Part shown: one piece after another, positions 19,000 through 29,293 of the stretch
How the letters are laid out: each line of letters starts with the position of its first letter
How positions within the stretch are numbered: position 1 is the first letter of the stretch
DNA from: a virus
Taxonomy: Duplodnaviria > Caudoviricetes
Strand: one strand, 5' to 3'
Virus record (IMG/VR): IMGVR_UViG_3300047407_000019
Span: 1-55,445 of that record
Length of the DNA stretch: 55,445 nt
The notes under the pieces: generated by a model
What the model was told of the DNA's origin: nothing
What the model saw: only the letters and a program-made list of their open reading frames with translations
The model's database searches: none
Position numbers and translations under genes: made by a program

Positions 19000-21900
19000 T
19001 GGGTGTACAACTTCCAATTGGAAATCTTTCTAATATCCCAACGATTGATCCTACGCAGCCTGTTGTTCCTGCTGCTCAAGCGGTTGATCAGGCGGCATCT
19101 ACGTCTTCGCTTTCTAGCATTGCACCTGCAACCACAACTGCTCCTGCGGCATCTGCCCCCGCAGCTTCGGCAGCGCCATCTTTACCTGCAAACCCCACAT
19201 CTGCGCAGTTGAAAGCGGCGGGATATTCTCTTCAAACTTTTGGTCCCGGTGGAAACTATTCATATCAAATGTGGGTCAGCCCAACGGGGCAAGGTGCCAC
19301 TTATAATCCTAGCGTCATCTCACAAAATGATACTAATGCCCAAGCTGCTTCCGATGCCGCCGCAGCAAAAGCAGGAAACTTTACATATGTGACGGTGGGT
19401 CAACCATATAATTCATATACACACACAGGCGGTCAAACACAGGTAGCTGTTCCTAATGCCGATCCAAATTACAAGATGTCATCCACACTGGCAAACAGTA
19501 ATTTGTTCAGTGGTAATTTGAACGCCGACAGTGAATCTCATGGTGCATTGTCTGCTCTGGTAAACGGCGTCAATTCTGGAAACTATGCCGTTCAGGGCAA
19601 TACACTTATTCTTGGAAATGGCCAGACATACAACCTGCAAGACACTGGCACAAGCGGCATCATGGGTGTGTCTGTACCAGACATCAATGGTGGCGGTTCT
19701 TATGCTGTGCCTATTTCTGTTGATTCGTCTTCAGGCAAGGCATCTATTCCAGATAATTTTTTAACGCAAGGCGTTCAGTACGTTGGTGGTCAATCTGGCG
19801 GGTTTTTGGGTAATGTTGTAAGTGGTCTTGCCAGTTCTTTGGCGCCCATTGCACCCTTATTGAGTCTTGCATCTATTGCCGCACCAGAACTTGCCCCTAT
19901 TGCCGCCGCCGTAAACACTGGTGAAGCAGTTGCAAACAACAATCCTTTGGCGGCTTTGGCTTCAGCAACAGGAATCCCTGGTGTGACTGATGCTGTTGGG
20001 GGTGCTTTGGGGGTTGATCCAAGCACTGTCAAGACTGTTGCCAACACTGCCAACCAAGCCAATAACTTGGTCAATGCGGTGCAATCAGGAAACACTCTTG
20101 GGGCCTTGTCTGCTGGTGCAAACTTAACGGGCGCAGGCTCAACTCAGATTGGAGATTCTGGTTTGACAGTATCTGATGCTGTTAAGACGGCAAATCTTGC
20201 CAATGCAATCAATTCTGGGAATACCACAGCAATTGCAACGGCGGCGGCTGGTCTTGCCAATTCACCGACTGTTCAAAGCACTGTTGGCAATGCAATCAAC
20301 CCATCTACTGGTGCTTTGCCGGCAACTGGCACAAGTGGAAGCGCTTCCACCCCTGTGGATAACTCAGCTCAAAGTGGAAGCGCTTCCACTTCAGGGTCAG
20401 GCGGACTCCCAACAAATACATCATCGAATCCTGCCGGGTTCAATACTTTGTCTTCAGGGGACATCAATTCAATTTTGGCAACTGGGGCAGTGACGGCAGG
20501 TCAAGGTACGCAAACAGCAAGTAGTGCAGGTGGATTGCCTGCTACTAGCCCCCCGAACAACACAACAAGTTCAACTTACCCCCCTGATATTGGCGCAACA
20601 TGGGATGCTAATACAGGCAGATGGATTGATCCAAGCGGTAATGGCTATTGGACAATGAGTTCAAATGGTGGTTACACATACAAAGATTTTGGTGCCACAT
20701 CAGCAAATGCAACAGAAAATGGCACTGGAACTGGAGCAGGTACTGGGTCAGACCAAACTGCTACTACTGATACATCAGGCGCAACAACAAATGCAAATGG
20801 CACTACTGCATCAAACACTGGAGCATTGTCATCTGTGACACCCACAAACACACAATCAAATCCAGGACTTACTGCCGCAGATGTGAACAATGCAATTACG
20901 TCTGCCACGTCAAACCTTCCGACAACTGCTGATGTCAATCAAGCCATCACGTCTGCCACATCAAATCTACCTACATCTTCTGATGTGCAGAACATGATTC
21001 AGCAAGCCATGGCGAACAATCCGAACATGACTCCTAGTCAAGTTCAGGACATTGTGACAAAGGCAATTCAAGACAATCCAGGGATGACGACCGATCAGGT
21101 CAACACTATTGTTCAAAATCAGTTGTCTGGTGTTCAGTCACAAGTAGGTGCTTTGTCAAACACTGTCAATGCTAATCAAGCTCAAAATGCATCTGCACTT
21201 AGTTCATTGACTGGGACTGTTAATGCTAATCAAGCCCAGACAAATGCACAATTGCAGGAAACCAATCAAAATGTTGCCAATCTCAGTGCTTTAGATCAAG
21301 CCAACTATGCAAAGTTGACAGACGCTCAGCAGTCTCAAGCGCAGGCATTGGCCGCTCAGGGGGTTTCGCTTTCTGATGCCATCAACCAGGTTGCGCAGTC
21401 AACAAGTGCTCAAATTACTGGTGTTCAAAACTCATTACAAAATCAATTAGCTCAGTCGGATGCTGCCACTCAGGATGCTTTCAACAAAATGTCTACGGCG
21501 CAACAAGCAGAAACTGCTGCTCGAGTTGCTCAGGGACAAAGTTTGCAAGATGCGATTACTGCATCGCAACAAGCCACATCTCAACAAATTGGGAATGTAC
21601 AGTCAAGCCTTGAATCACAACTCAATGATCAAGGAAAATCATTGTTGGCTACTTTGCAACAGCAAGGTGTTGATTACAACACTGCTTTGAATCAAGCAAT
21701 TGCACAACAAAACCAACAGATTTCTGCCAACCAAGCACAGACAGAATCACAGATTTCAGGATTAAGTGCTTTAGATCAAGCAAATTACAACCAACTGAAT
21801 GCTGCACAACAGGCACAAGCTCAGGCTTTAGCATCACAGGGCATGTCATTGTCCGATGCCATCAATCAAGTTCAGTCTGGGTTGTCTGGTCAAATTACAG

Positions 21901-23489
21901 CTTTGTCTCAACAGACGCAAGATCAACTTGCACAAGCTGATGCAAATACACAAGCTAAATTCAATGCGTTGACTTCTGCCCAGCAAGCTCAAGCTGATGC
22001 ATTGACTGCACAAGGCGCTTCTTTAACTGATGCAATTAACCAGGTTGCTCAACAAAATCAATCTGCCATCGGTGCTTTGAGTAATGTTGTCAATGCCAAC
22101 CAAGCACAAACACAACAAAGTCTTGATCAGTTGTCTCAAACATTCCAAGATCAACTCAATGCTTCTGACCAAGCTACTAAGGATGCATTCAATAATCTGT
22201 CTTCCAATGAACAGGCTTTGGCGGCAACGCAAGCCGCAAATACTGGTGATTTGAAAGCCGCAATCGCTGATGTCCAAGCGCAAAGCAATCAAGCAATCTC
22301 TGGAGTTGGTCAACAAGTATCTGAGCTTTCAAACGTTGTTTCATCAAATCAAGATGTAGTTACACAGCGCATCAATGATTTGGTTAGCCAAGGTCTTACC
22401 CAACAGCAGGCTATTGATCAGACAAATCAAGAATTGTCTCAGATGAGTTCTGATCTCAACCAACAGATTGCGGCAAGTGATGCCGCTAATCAAACTGCAG
22501 TGAGCAACTTGGCATCTTCAACTGCCGCTCAAACCAAGGCCATTCAAGACCAGATCACCCAACAACAGCAACAAGCCCAAGCAAAACAAGCCTTGGCTGA
22601 TGCTTCCAAGTTCATTGATGTCAAGAATCCTTGGTTGACAGTTGGAAAATCTCAGGATCAGGGGCTTCAAGAAGAGAAGTTACAGCAGATTTTCAATAGT
22701 CTTGACCCAGCCCTGCAGGTTCAACTTGCTCGAGGAACTCAGCAAGCCGCAACAGGGGGTTCTATTCATGGGATTGACCCCGATCTGTACTCTCTGATGA
22801 TGAACAGAATGGGTTACCCTGATGGGGGTCTGGTTACAGAGACACAACCGATTGCTGATGCTGGGAACATGTTGGTGGACATGAACAAGACTGCCAACTC
22901 TTTGGCGCCGAAGTTTGTAAAGTCTGAGCCAAAGTTCTTTCGCCCCCAGGCTAAAGGTAAGCCCATGGAATTGGGTGCTCTGACCCAGTTAAAACAGGCT
23001 CCAAAGCTCGGAGCATTGGCTCATGGGGGTTTGCCCTCAAAGTATGAAGAAAACGCCCCAAAGGGCCATAAACCAGAATTTATTACGGGTTTGACGGGCT
23101 ACTATGCTGGTGGTCGAGGAACTGGTCAGTCTGATGACATTCCGGCGATGCTCCACGATGGGGACTATGTAATCGACGCGGAAGCAGTTTCCGCCCTTGG
23201 GGATGGGTCTTCCAAGGCTGGAAAGGACGTTTTGACGCATTTCATGCATGAAGTGCCCCACAGGGATGGTGCTGAAGGAAATCCTGTCCCGGCAAAGATT
23301 GCTGATGGGGAGTTTGTCCTTCCTGAGTCATTTGTCACAGCCCTCGGAGGAGGAGACAATAAGCATGGGGCTAAGATGCTGGACGAGATGAGAAAAAGAC
23401 TTCGTGAGCACAAACGATCTGCACCACTATCAAAAATCCCACCGAAAGCAAAATCTCCACTTGACTATCTCAAGGGAGTGAAAGGTTAA
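18999..23489 (+). CDS. Large internal virion/ejection protein with Q/A-rich repeats and C-terminal GxGTGxSDxIPA domain
   Basis: 1496 aa; repeated LSALDQANY..L..AQQ.QAQALA.QG.SL.DAINQV; GRGTGQSDDIPAMLHDGDYV and PAKIADGEFV. Confidence 0.7.
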   Translation: MGVQLPIGNLSNIPTIDPTQPVVPAAQAVDQAASTSSLSSIAPATTTAPAASAPAASAAPSLPANPTSAQLKAAGYSLQTFGPGGNYSYQMWVSPTGQGATYNPSVISQNDTNAQAASDAAAAKAGNFTYVTVGQPYNSYTHTGGQTQVAVPNADPNYKMSSTLANSNLFSGNLNADSESHGALSALVNGVNSGNYAVQGNTLILGNGQTYNLQDTGTSGIMGVSVPDINGGGSYAVPISVDSSSGKASIPDNFLTQGVQYVGGQSGGFLGNVVSGLASSLAPIAPLLSLASIAAPELAPIAAAVNTGEAVANNNPLAALASATGIPGVTDAVGGALGVDPSTVKTVANTANQANNLVNAVQSGNTLGALSAGANLTGAGSTQIGDSGLTVSDAVKTANLANAINSGNTTAIATAAAGLANSPTVQSTVGNAINPSTGALPATGTSGSASTPVDNSAQSGSASTSGSGGLPTNTSSNPAGFNTLSSGDINSILATGAVTAGQGTQTASSAGGLPATSPPNNTTSSTYPPDIGATWDANTGRWIDPSGNGYWTMSSNGGYTYKDFGATSANATENGTGTGAGTGSDQTATTDTSGATTNANGTTASNTGALSSVTPTNTQSNPGLTAADVNNAITSATSNLPTTADVNQAITSATSNLPTSSDVQNMIQQAMANNPNMTPSQVQDIVTKAIQDNPGMTTDQVNTIVQNQLSGVQSQVGALSNTVNANQAQNASALSSLTGTVNANQAQTNAQLQETNQNVANLSALDQANYAKLTDAQQSQAQALAAQGVSLSDAINQVAQSTSAQITGVQNSLQNQLAQSDAATQDAFNKMSTAQQAETAARVAQGQSLQDAITASQQATSQQIGNVQSSLESQLNDQGKSLLATLQQQGVDYNTALNQAIAQQNQQISANQAQTESQISGLSALDQANYNQLNAAQQAQAQALASQGMSLSDAINQVQSGLSGQITALSQQTQDQLAQADANTQAKFNALTSAQQAQADALTAQGASLTDAINQVAQQNQSAIGALSNVVNANQAQTQQSLDQLSQTFQDQLNASDQATKDAFNNLSSNEQALAATQAANTGDLKAAIADVQAQSNQAISGVGQQVSELSNVVSSNQDVVTQRINDLVSQGLTQQQAIDQTNQELSQMSSDLNQQIAASDAANQTAVSNLASSTAAQTKAIQDQITQQQQQAQAKQALADASKFIDVKNPWLTVGKSQDQGLQEEKLQQIFNSLDPALQVQLARGTQQAATGGSIHGIDPDLYSLMMNRMGYPDGGLVTETQPIADAGNMLVDMNKTANSLAPKFVKSEPKFFRPQAKGKPMELGALTQLKQAPKLGALAHGGLPSKYEENAPKGHKPEFITGLTGYYAGGRGTGQSDDIPAMLHDGDYVIDAEAVSALGDGSSKAGKDVLTHFMHEVPHRDGAEGNPVPAKIADGEFVLPESFVTALGGGDNKHGAKMLDEMRKRLREHKRSAPLSKIPPKAKSPLDYLKGVKG
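20335..20391. repeat. Palindrome copies 3 and 4 (exact; 39 bp apart)
   Basis: Cores at 20335-20350 and 20374-20389; both read SGSAST. Confidence 0.95.
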
Positions 23490-23491
23490 AA

Positions 23492-24649
23492 ATGGCAAAT
23501 TTGCTTCAGAGTTCCCAGACACAGGCAACGACTGCACCGCAGTATTACACGGACTATCTGTCCAACCTTGCGAGTCAAGGTCAGACTGCCGCGGCGAATG
23601 CTCAATATGCAGGGGCTCAACCTCTGCAACAGCAAGCATTTCAGGATGTTTCGGGTGCTGCTTCAGCTTTCCAACCGACTTTGAGTCAAGCTGGTAATGT
23701 TTTGACTCAGGCGGCTCAATCAACGAATCCTTTGGCTGCGGGAACCCCGTACATGTTGGCGGCATCTGGAAGCCCTGCCGCTTTGGCTTCTCAGTACATG
23801 AACCCGTACATTCAGAATGCTGTACAGGGTCTGTCTGATGTGGCCATGAGGGACATTCAGCAGAACTTGGCACCTCAAGCTACTGCGGCGGCAGTCGGGT
23901 CGGGTCAATTCGGTTCTCAGCGTGGGGCTCAAGTTCAAGGTCAAGTTGAAGCCAATGCACTGCAGAACTTGGGAACTCAGATTGCCCAACAGTTGGCTAC
24001 TGGATATGGTCAGGCATTGACTGCTGGTACGGCTCAGAATCAACTATTTGGTCAGTTGGGATCGACTGCAGGTCAGTTGGCATCTGCTGGTCAGCAAAAC
24101 CTCACACAAGCAGGTGGGGCACTGAGTTCTCTGGCGGGTCAGAACCAAGCTCTGAACCTGGCAGACATCAATGCCTTGTCTACTCTGGGTGGACAACAGC
24201 AGACAATTGCACAGAATGCTCAGAACTATCCATTGACGAAGTTGGCAAGTCTTGCCGCCTTGTTGCAGGGTCAGCAGATTCCTTCGACTGTCACGACACA
24301 ACTCAACATGTCGCCATTGTCTGGTTTGGCTACGATTGGTTCTGGAGTTGCAGGCTTGTTCCAAGGATCGGGAACTAACGGAACTGGACCGAGCATCTTC
24401 CAACAATTGACTGGTTCTGGTTCTGGTGGATCTGGCACAAGTATTTTGAATCAGATTCAAAATGCTTTTGGATTGGGATCAGGGACCAATACAAACTTGA
24501 ACTCAAATTCATCCAACACAATTGATGCAAATGGCAATCCTGTTGTTCCAAATGCAGGAAATGGAAGTTTGGTTGTAAATCAAGACTATCCATCTCAAAA
24601 TAATAGTTCAGTATCAAACACAAATGACACACAGTCAACTCAAAGTTAA
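23492..24649 (+). CDS. Ejection/DNA-transfer protein
   Basis: Q/A/G-rich; YMNPYIQN, GQFGSQR, L.TLGGQQQ motifs of pilot proteins. Confidence 0.7.
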   Translation: MANLLQSSQTQATTAPQYYTDYLSNLASQGQTAAANAQYAGAQPLQQQAFQDVSGAASAFQPTLSQAGNVLTQAAQSTNPLAAGTPYMLAASGSPAALASQYMNPYIQNAVQGLSDVAMRDIQQNLAPQATAAAVGSGQFGSQRGAQVQGQVEANALQNLGTQIAQQLATGYGQALTAGTAQNQLFGQLGSTAGQLASAGQQNLTQAGGALSSLAGQNQALNLADINALSTLGGQQQTIAQNAQNYPLTKLASLAALLQGQQIPSTVTTQLNMSPLSGLATIGSGVAGLFQGSGTNGTGPSIFQQLTGSGSGGSGTSILNQIQNAFGLGSGTNTNLNSNSSNTIDANGNPVVPNAGNGSLVVNQDYPSQNNSSVSNTNDTQSTQS

Positions 24650-24656
24650 GGAGTAA

Positions 24657-26405
24657 ATGATGGGTGGTGAAACACAAAACATGGGCGGTCTGTCTCAAAC
24701 CATGGCCGAACAAGCCAAGTTACCCCTTTATGGGACATCACAAGAACAACTCCAAGAACTCAAAGATGCTCAACAAAAGGCACTGGAAGCACTTGAGTCA
24801 AGATATGCCCAACCGAATTGGTTCAAGGTAGCCGCTGGGTTTGCAAAACCTCAGTTGGGTGGTTTCCTTGCATCCATGGGTTCTGCGGCTGAAGCCTTGG
24901 GTGAGAACGTCGAACAACAACGTGCACAGCAATTGCCTATTGCTCAGATGAGGGCTCAGTTAGCTCAGACCAATTTGCTATTGGGCAAAAACAAAGGGGT
25001 CACTGAAAAAATTGAAAAATGGAAAGCTGACCATCCCGGTCAAATGCCATCTTCTGCTCAGATCATGGAATGGAGAGCAGAGGCTCCTCAGTCTCCGACT
25101 GTCCAAGCCCTGGCCGAACAGCAAAAACTTGGAATGGAACAACAAGGTCAAGAAATTCAAAGACTGCAAGGATTGTTTTCATCGGGAACGATTACTAAAA
25201 AAGAATATGGTGAGCGCTTAAAAGCATTGCAATCAACAGCCTCATATCCATATGCGCCTCAAAATGGCAAGCCATCAGTTCCCTCAGAACCAACTGGGAC
25301 AATGCCTGGTGTTACACCTGTATCTGGAGCATGGCATCAAGGTACAACTTATGCTGAAAGCCGTAACAAGCCTGATGCAAAGAATCCAGAAAGCACTGCT
25401 AGTGGTTTGTATCAAGTGTTAGATTCCACTGCACAAAACCCAGGATATGGAATTGAACCTGCAAAAGATGCATCCCTTGCTGAAAAAGATCGGGTTGGAA
25501 AAGAGTATCTGGACAAGATGACCGAGAAATTTGGCCCTGCATGGGGTGCTCTTGCTCATCATTATGGTGAAGGAAAAGTCAATGAATGGTTGAAGGCTGG
25601 GGACTTGTCAAAGTTACCACCTGAAGCAAAGGCATATCTTGGTGAAATCACTTTGGCTCAATTCAAACCAGGTGCTGAACAAAAACCTGTCTCTCAAATT
25701 GATTTTGAGTCCGCAGGTTTGACGGGAGAAAAAGCATCCGAGCAAAGCGCCACAGCAGTCAAAGGTCTTGAGCAAAACAACATTGATTACATCAACTACA
25801 TCAATAGTCAACGCAAGAATGTGACAAATGAACGTCGCAATGACTTGTCTCGAGGCCTGTCAATTGTTGATGATCCCAAAGTCCAAGAGGGTATGGGTCA
25901 GTTGTACAAGAACGAAGGTTTTGTCAGTGGCTTGCAGACTGCTTTGCAAGAAGGTTTGAACTTTGCATTGAACCATACTGGTGGTGCATTCACTGCTCAG
26001 GTTGCTTTCCCAGTTGATAAAGTAATCACAGCGGCCTCTACAGATCCTCAGACCAAACAAAAATTGCGTGAATTGATGCGCATCGTGATTAAGGATTCTT
26101 TGGAAGACATCAAGGCTGGAACTTCAGCACTTGGTGGTGGCCACATGAATGCTGTGGAATTTCAAAATGTGATGGGCATGTTCCCCACAACTTCAGAGCC
26201 ATACAAGTTGATGCGCCAATATTTGGCTACTAGAGCGGCCAGGAATGAGTTGGTGTCTGACTTGCATAGCAATTGGTCAAAGTACAGCGGAACACCTGAT
26301 TACGCTAAAAAACCACTGTCAAACTTTTTCAGTTTGCCCGAAGTTGAAGAAGCCTACAACAAGCATGATGCACGTCATCGTTCTGCTTTGAAACTTGCTG
26401 ATTGA
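24657..26405 (+). CDS. Ejection protein with lytic transglycosylase (SLT-like) domain
   Basis: AES..KPDAKNP.STASGLYQ...ALAHHYGEG...LPPEAKAY. Confidence 0.75.
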   Translation: MMGGETQNMGGLSQTMAEQAKLPLYGTSQEQLQELKDAQQKALEALESRYAQPNWFKVAAGFAKPQLGGFLASMGSAAEALGENVEQQRAQQLPIAQMRAQLAQTNLLLGKNKGVTEKIEKWKADHPGQMPSSAQIMEWRAEAPQSPTVQALAEQQKLGMEQQGQEIQRLQGLFSSGTITKKEYGERLKALQSTASYPYAPQNGKPSVPSEPTGTMPGVTPVSGAWHQGTTYAESRNKPDAKNPESTASGLYQVLDSTAQNPGYGIEPAKDASLAEKDRVGKEYLDKMTEKFGPAWGALAHHYGEGKVNEWLKAGDLSKLPPEAKAYLGEITLAQFKPGAEQKPVSQIDFESAGLTGEKASEQSATAVKGLEQNNIDYINYINSQRKNVTNERRNDLSRGLSIVDDPKVQEGMGQLYKNEGFVSGLQTALQEGLNFALNHTGGAFTAQVAFPVDKVITAASTDPQTKQKLRELMRIVIKDSLEDIKAGTSALGGGHMNAVEFQNVMGMFPTTSEPYKLMRQYLATRAARNELVSDLHSNWSKYSGTPDYAKKPLSNFFSLPEVEEAYNKHDARHRSALKLAD

Positions 26406-26413
26406 GGTGAATC

Positions 26414-27403
26414 ATGAGTGATGAAAAATTTGATCTTGACAAATACCTTGAGCAAAATCTTCCAAAAGAAGGTCAAGAGCCAAAACAACCTGTGGGTGCT
26501 GGTGCCGGCAGAGGTTTTGTCAATCCACCGACTGCCGCTCAATTGTTTGAAAAAGAAAAAGCAGAACAGGCGGCTCATGATGAGGAGATGAAAAAACTTA
26601 CTGCCGCTGGAGCAGGTGCGGCCACTGGTGCATTTTTGCGTCACAAAGGTGTTGAGGCCAAAAATGTGTTTGGTCCTGGACAAAATGTGTATCAACCCAG
26701 CGAAAAGAACATCAACTCAATCAACATGGTTTTGCGCCAAAAAACTGGCGACCCCACAATGGATGTGCGCGGGTTGACGACCGCACAAGTTGAGAGAATT
26801 CTTTCTGGAGGTCCTGGTTCTGCATTGGATACTTCTGGTCGTCAAAGGTCTGAGGGATTCGGTTTGGAATCTCAACGTCGTTCTCGAGTTCAACAAGAAA
26901 CTGAAAATTTGGTCAATCGTTTGTCCCCAACGACTCGTGATCCATTGGCGGCTGTTGGTGAACCATTGGTTCCACTCAAAAGTGACTTGATAGTTCCTCG
27001 TAGTGTTGCTGTTCAACAGCATGAACAACAAACTGCAAATCAATTGAATGCAATTCAGAATGCTGAACAAAAACTTCGCACATATGGATTGAAATCTGGT
27101 GCGGCAAAGGTTGGCATGGGTACTGTTGGTGGGGCTTTGACTGGCTTGCAAGGTTACAACATGGCCACTCAAAAAGAACCAGTTGACTGGTCTCAATACC
27201 TGAGTTTGCTTGGCAACTTGGGCATAACTTTTGGTGGCCCAAAACTTGGAACTGTTGGTGGTTTGGCACAGATTCCCTATGCCGTCAAACATCGCGAAGA
27301 TATTGCACGAGGTATGGGATTGGGAGAAATAAACCCCACCGCATTTGGTGGGGCTCCAGAAGCTCTGGAAACGCCTATTGGATCAGCGATGGGGAATCGC
27401 TAA
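26414..27403 (+). CDS. Internal virion protein
   Basis: RBS GAGGTG; last gene of the late operon. Confidence 0.65.
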   Translation: MSDEKFDLDKYLEQNLPKEGQEPKQPVGAGAGRGFVNPPTAAQLFEKEKAEQAAHDEEMKKLTAAGAGAATGAFLRHKGVEAKNVFGPGQNVYQPSEKNINSINMVLRQKTGDPTMDVRGLTTAQVERILSGGPGSALDTSGRQRSEGFGLESQRRSRVQQETENLVNRLSPTTRDPLAAVGEPLVPLKSDLIVPRSVAVQQHEQQTANQLNAIQNAEQKLRTYGLKSGAAKVGMGTVGGALTGLQGYNMATQKEPVDWSQYLSLLGNLGITFGGPKLGTVGGLAQIPYAVKHREDIARGMGLGEINPTAFGGAPEALETPIGSAMGNR

Positions 27404-27456
27404 CAGGACATGCCGGCTGTCTCCCCGGCGTGTGGGCATTGCAGTTGCCCATGTTT

Positions 27457-27486
27457 ACCCCCTGCCTTGCGGCGGGGGGTCTTTTT
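27457..27486 (+). terminator. Rho-independent terminator at convergence of late and leftward operons
   Basis: ACCCCCTGCC-TTGC-GGCGGGGGGT followed by CTTTTT. Confidence 0.8.
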
Positions 27487-27547
27487 AGTGTGATATGAAC
27501 ATCACAAAGCACATCAGCACGATGTAAAAGATGATGAAGCCAATCAC
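27485..27547 (-). CDS. 20-aa hydrophobic peptide (putative)
   Basis: GTG start overlapping the upstream TGA; (M)IGFIIFYIVLMCFVMFISH. Confidence 0.4.
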   Translation of the reverse strand: MIGFIIFYIVLMCFVMFISH

Positions 27548-27771
27548 ATCTGTTTCCTGACTGATTGAATCTTGTTGGCGACCAAGATGTTCACACTTTT
27601 GGCGATGTCCACACACAGATCACGTTCAGCTTTTTCAATCTTAGGTTTGGCGGCTTTGATGAATGCTTCAGCCAACTTCATCAAGTCTTCTTGAAGGAAG
27701 TTGTAGTTCTCTTCCAGATGAGCATTGACAAATGCTTCTGTGATTTCTTTGGAAGTGAGGATGGGTTTCAT
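27544..27771 (-). CDS. Hypothetical phage protein
   Basis: RBS GGAG; coupled to the exonuclease gene. Confidence 0.7.
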   Translation of the reverse strand: MKPILTSKEITEAFVNAHLEENYNFLQEDLMKLAEAFIKAAKPKIEKAERDLCVDIAKSVNILVANKIQSVRKQM

Positions 27772-28560
27772 TTATTCTCCAAATGCGTTTTTGAGTTTCC
27801 AGTAGCCGAGAAGATGGTTGAACATCTTCCAGCCCCTTTGGAGGTCTTCTTCTGACCATTCGATGATCTTGATGAGTCCAGGTTTGCTCACAGATGCAAA
27901 GACGTTTGCACACCGAGCATGGGGAACACCCAACCCATGGCGGTAGGCCGCCAACTGGAGGAGGTGTTCATCATAGGCGGCGACTGCGTCTCCATCGTCA
28001 AACTCTTTGGTCTTGGCATCAAGGACGATGCCTGTGGGGGCTGACTCATCGGCAGGACACCACAGATCGACCTTTCCACCATAACCCAGTTCACTTGCAA
28101 ATGCGGTCTCTGTCTTCCAAGGTTGGAATGGGTGGGTCTTGAAGTGATTGAAGACAGACTCCTCGAAGGCTTTGGCGATGTCATCGTGCTCGACAGGTCG
28201 GACACCGTCATACCAAGATTCGATGGACTCATGGACTCGAGTTCCCCGATCTGCGGCTCGTCTGGCGGTCTCTTTGGAGTCAGCGACGATCCGAGCGATC
28301 AAGTCCTTTTCAGTCTCACCATCATGCCGAGGAAGGGTCAAGGCGGCGAGGAGCATTTGCTCCTGCTTCCAGGCCTCCAGACCGGGCTTGGCGGCGATTT
28401 TGAGGACTGTGGTGACCGAAGGTACCAGATTGAGCTTGCGCGCGTCTCTGAGGGTTGTAGGACGATCTGAGCCGTCCTTTGCCTTCACGGTGTACTGGGG
28501 TCCCCCATCTTGGCGATACCAGTGAACAGACTCGGCTGACCGAGCAATAATTGTTGCCAT
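27772..28560 (-). CDS. PD-(D/E)XK exonuclease
   Basis: PSVTTVL, RGTRVH..IE, GYGGKVDL...DAKTK, QLAAY. Confidence 0.85.
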   Translation of the reverse strand: MATIIARSAESVHWYRQDGGPQYTVKAKDGSDRPTTLRDARKLNLVPSVTTVLKIAAKPGLEAWKQEQMLLAALTLPRHDGETEKDLIARIVADSKETARRAADRGTRVHESIESWYDGVRPVEHDDIAKAFEESVFNHFKTHPFQPWKTETAFASELGYGGKVDLWCPADESAPTGIVLDAKTKEFDDGDAVAAYDEHLLQLAAYRHGLGVPHARCANVFASVSKPGLIKIIEWSEEDLQRGWKMFNHLLGYWKLKNAFGE

Positions 28561-28569
28561 GTTTTTACC

Positions 28570-29208
28570 TCAAAAGGGAATGTCACTAAGATCATCATCC
28601 TTTTGGGGGACAACATGACCAATATCACTAGCAACATTTGCTTTTTGCCATTCTGGTGATGCGGCAATCTTTGCTTTCAGATGATCTGAGAATGTTGCAA
28701 ACAGTGCCATATCGGGTTCAGATAGGTTGAAGATTTCATTCTTGTTCACAGCGGTAGGTAGACCGTTTTGCTTGATCATGGAAGGCACTGGTGTGACTCC
28801 ATCCACATTGGCATAGGTCTTTCCATTTTGACCTTGGCGCTCAATGACGTTAAGCATGCACCAAGCACCAAGGACATTGGTCAGGTCAAACCGACGCATC
28901 TCTTCTGTGGAGAATGGTCTGCCACGCCATGACTGAAGATCAAGGCGAAGATTTGCCTTCTCAGACCATGACAGGGTATAGTTCTTGAAGATCGCAAAAG
29001 GACGACCATCGTTCATTTTGAGGGGTGAGCCATCTTCTCGATTTCCGTGAAGTTCCCATCCGAGCATGATCTTGTGTAGGAACTTGGTCTGTCCCATGTA
29101 CTCGGACTTTTGAGTCCCCAGATCAACAATTCGATAGCACCGAGCAAGGTGCATCCCAGGTGGGCAACGCTCAAATGAACCACCCGAATCTTCTGCATAT
29201 AAAGCCAT
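28570..29208 (-). CDS. Phage ssDNA-binding/recombination protein (NGO0469-like)
   Basis: G.HLARCYRIVDLGTQ, YTLS.SEKANLR.DL.SWRGR.F; acidic SSB-type tail DDDLSDIPF; RBS AAGGAGG before ATG 29208. Confidence 0.8.
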   Translation of the reverse strand: MALYAEDSGGSFERCPPGMHLARCYRIVDLGTQKSEYMGQTKFLHKIMLGWELHGNREDGSPLKMNDGRPFAIFKNYTLSWSEKANLRLDLQSWRGRPFSTEEMRRFDLTNVLGAWCMLNVIERQGQNGKTYANVDGVTPVPSMIKQNGLPTAVNKNEIFNLSEPDMALFATFSDHLKAKIAASPEWQKANVASDIGHVVPQKDDDLSDIPF

Positions 29209-29250
29209 GACGTCCTCCTTGGACAATTACCCGGTCAACATGACCGTGAA

Positions 29251-29286
29251 ATAACTATAACACACATCTAATAATGTGTTAGACTA
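29251..29286. promoter_or_regulatory. Overlapping divergent extended -10 promoters with central inverted repeat
   Basis: Minus strand TGTTATAGT (29254-29262); plus strand TGTTAGACT (29277-29285); ACACAT-N6-ATGTGT between them. Confidence 0.55.
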
Positions 29287-29293
29287 TTTTTTC

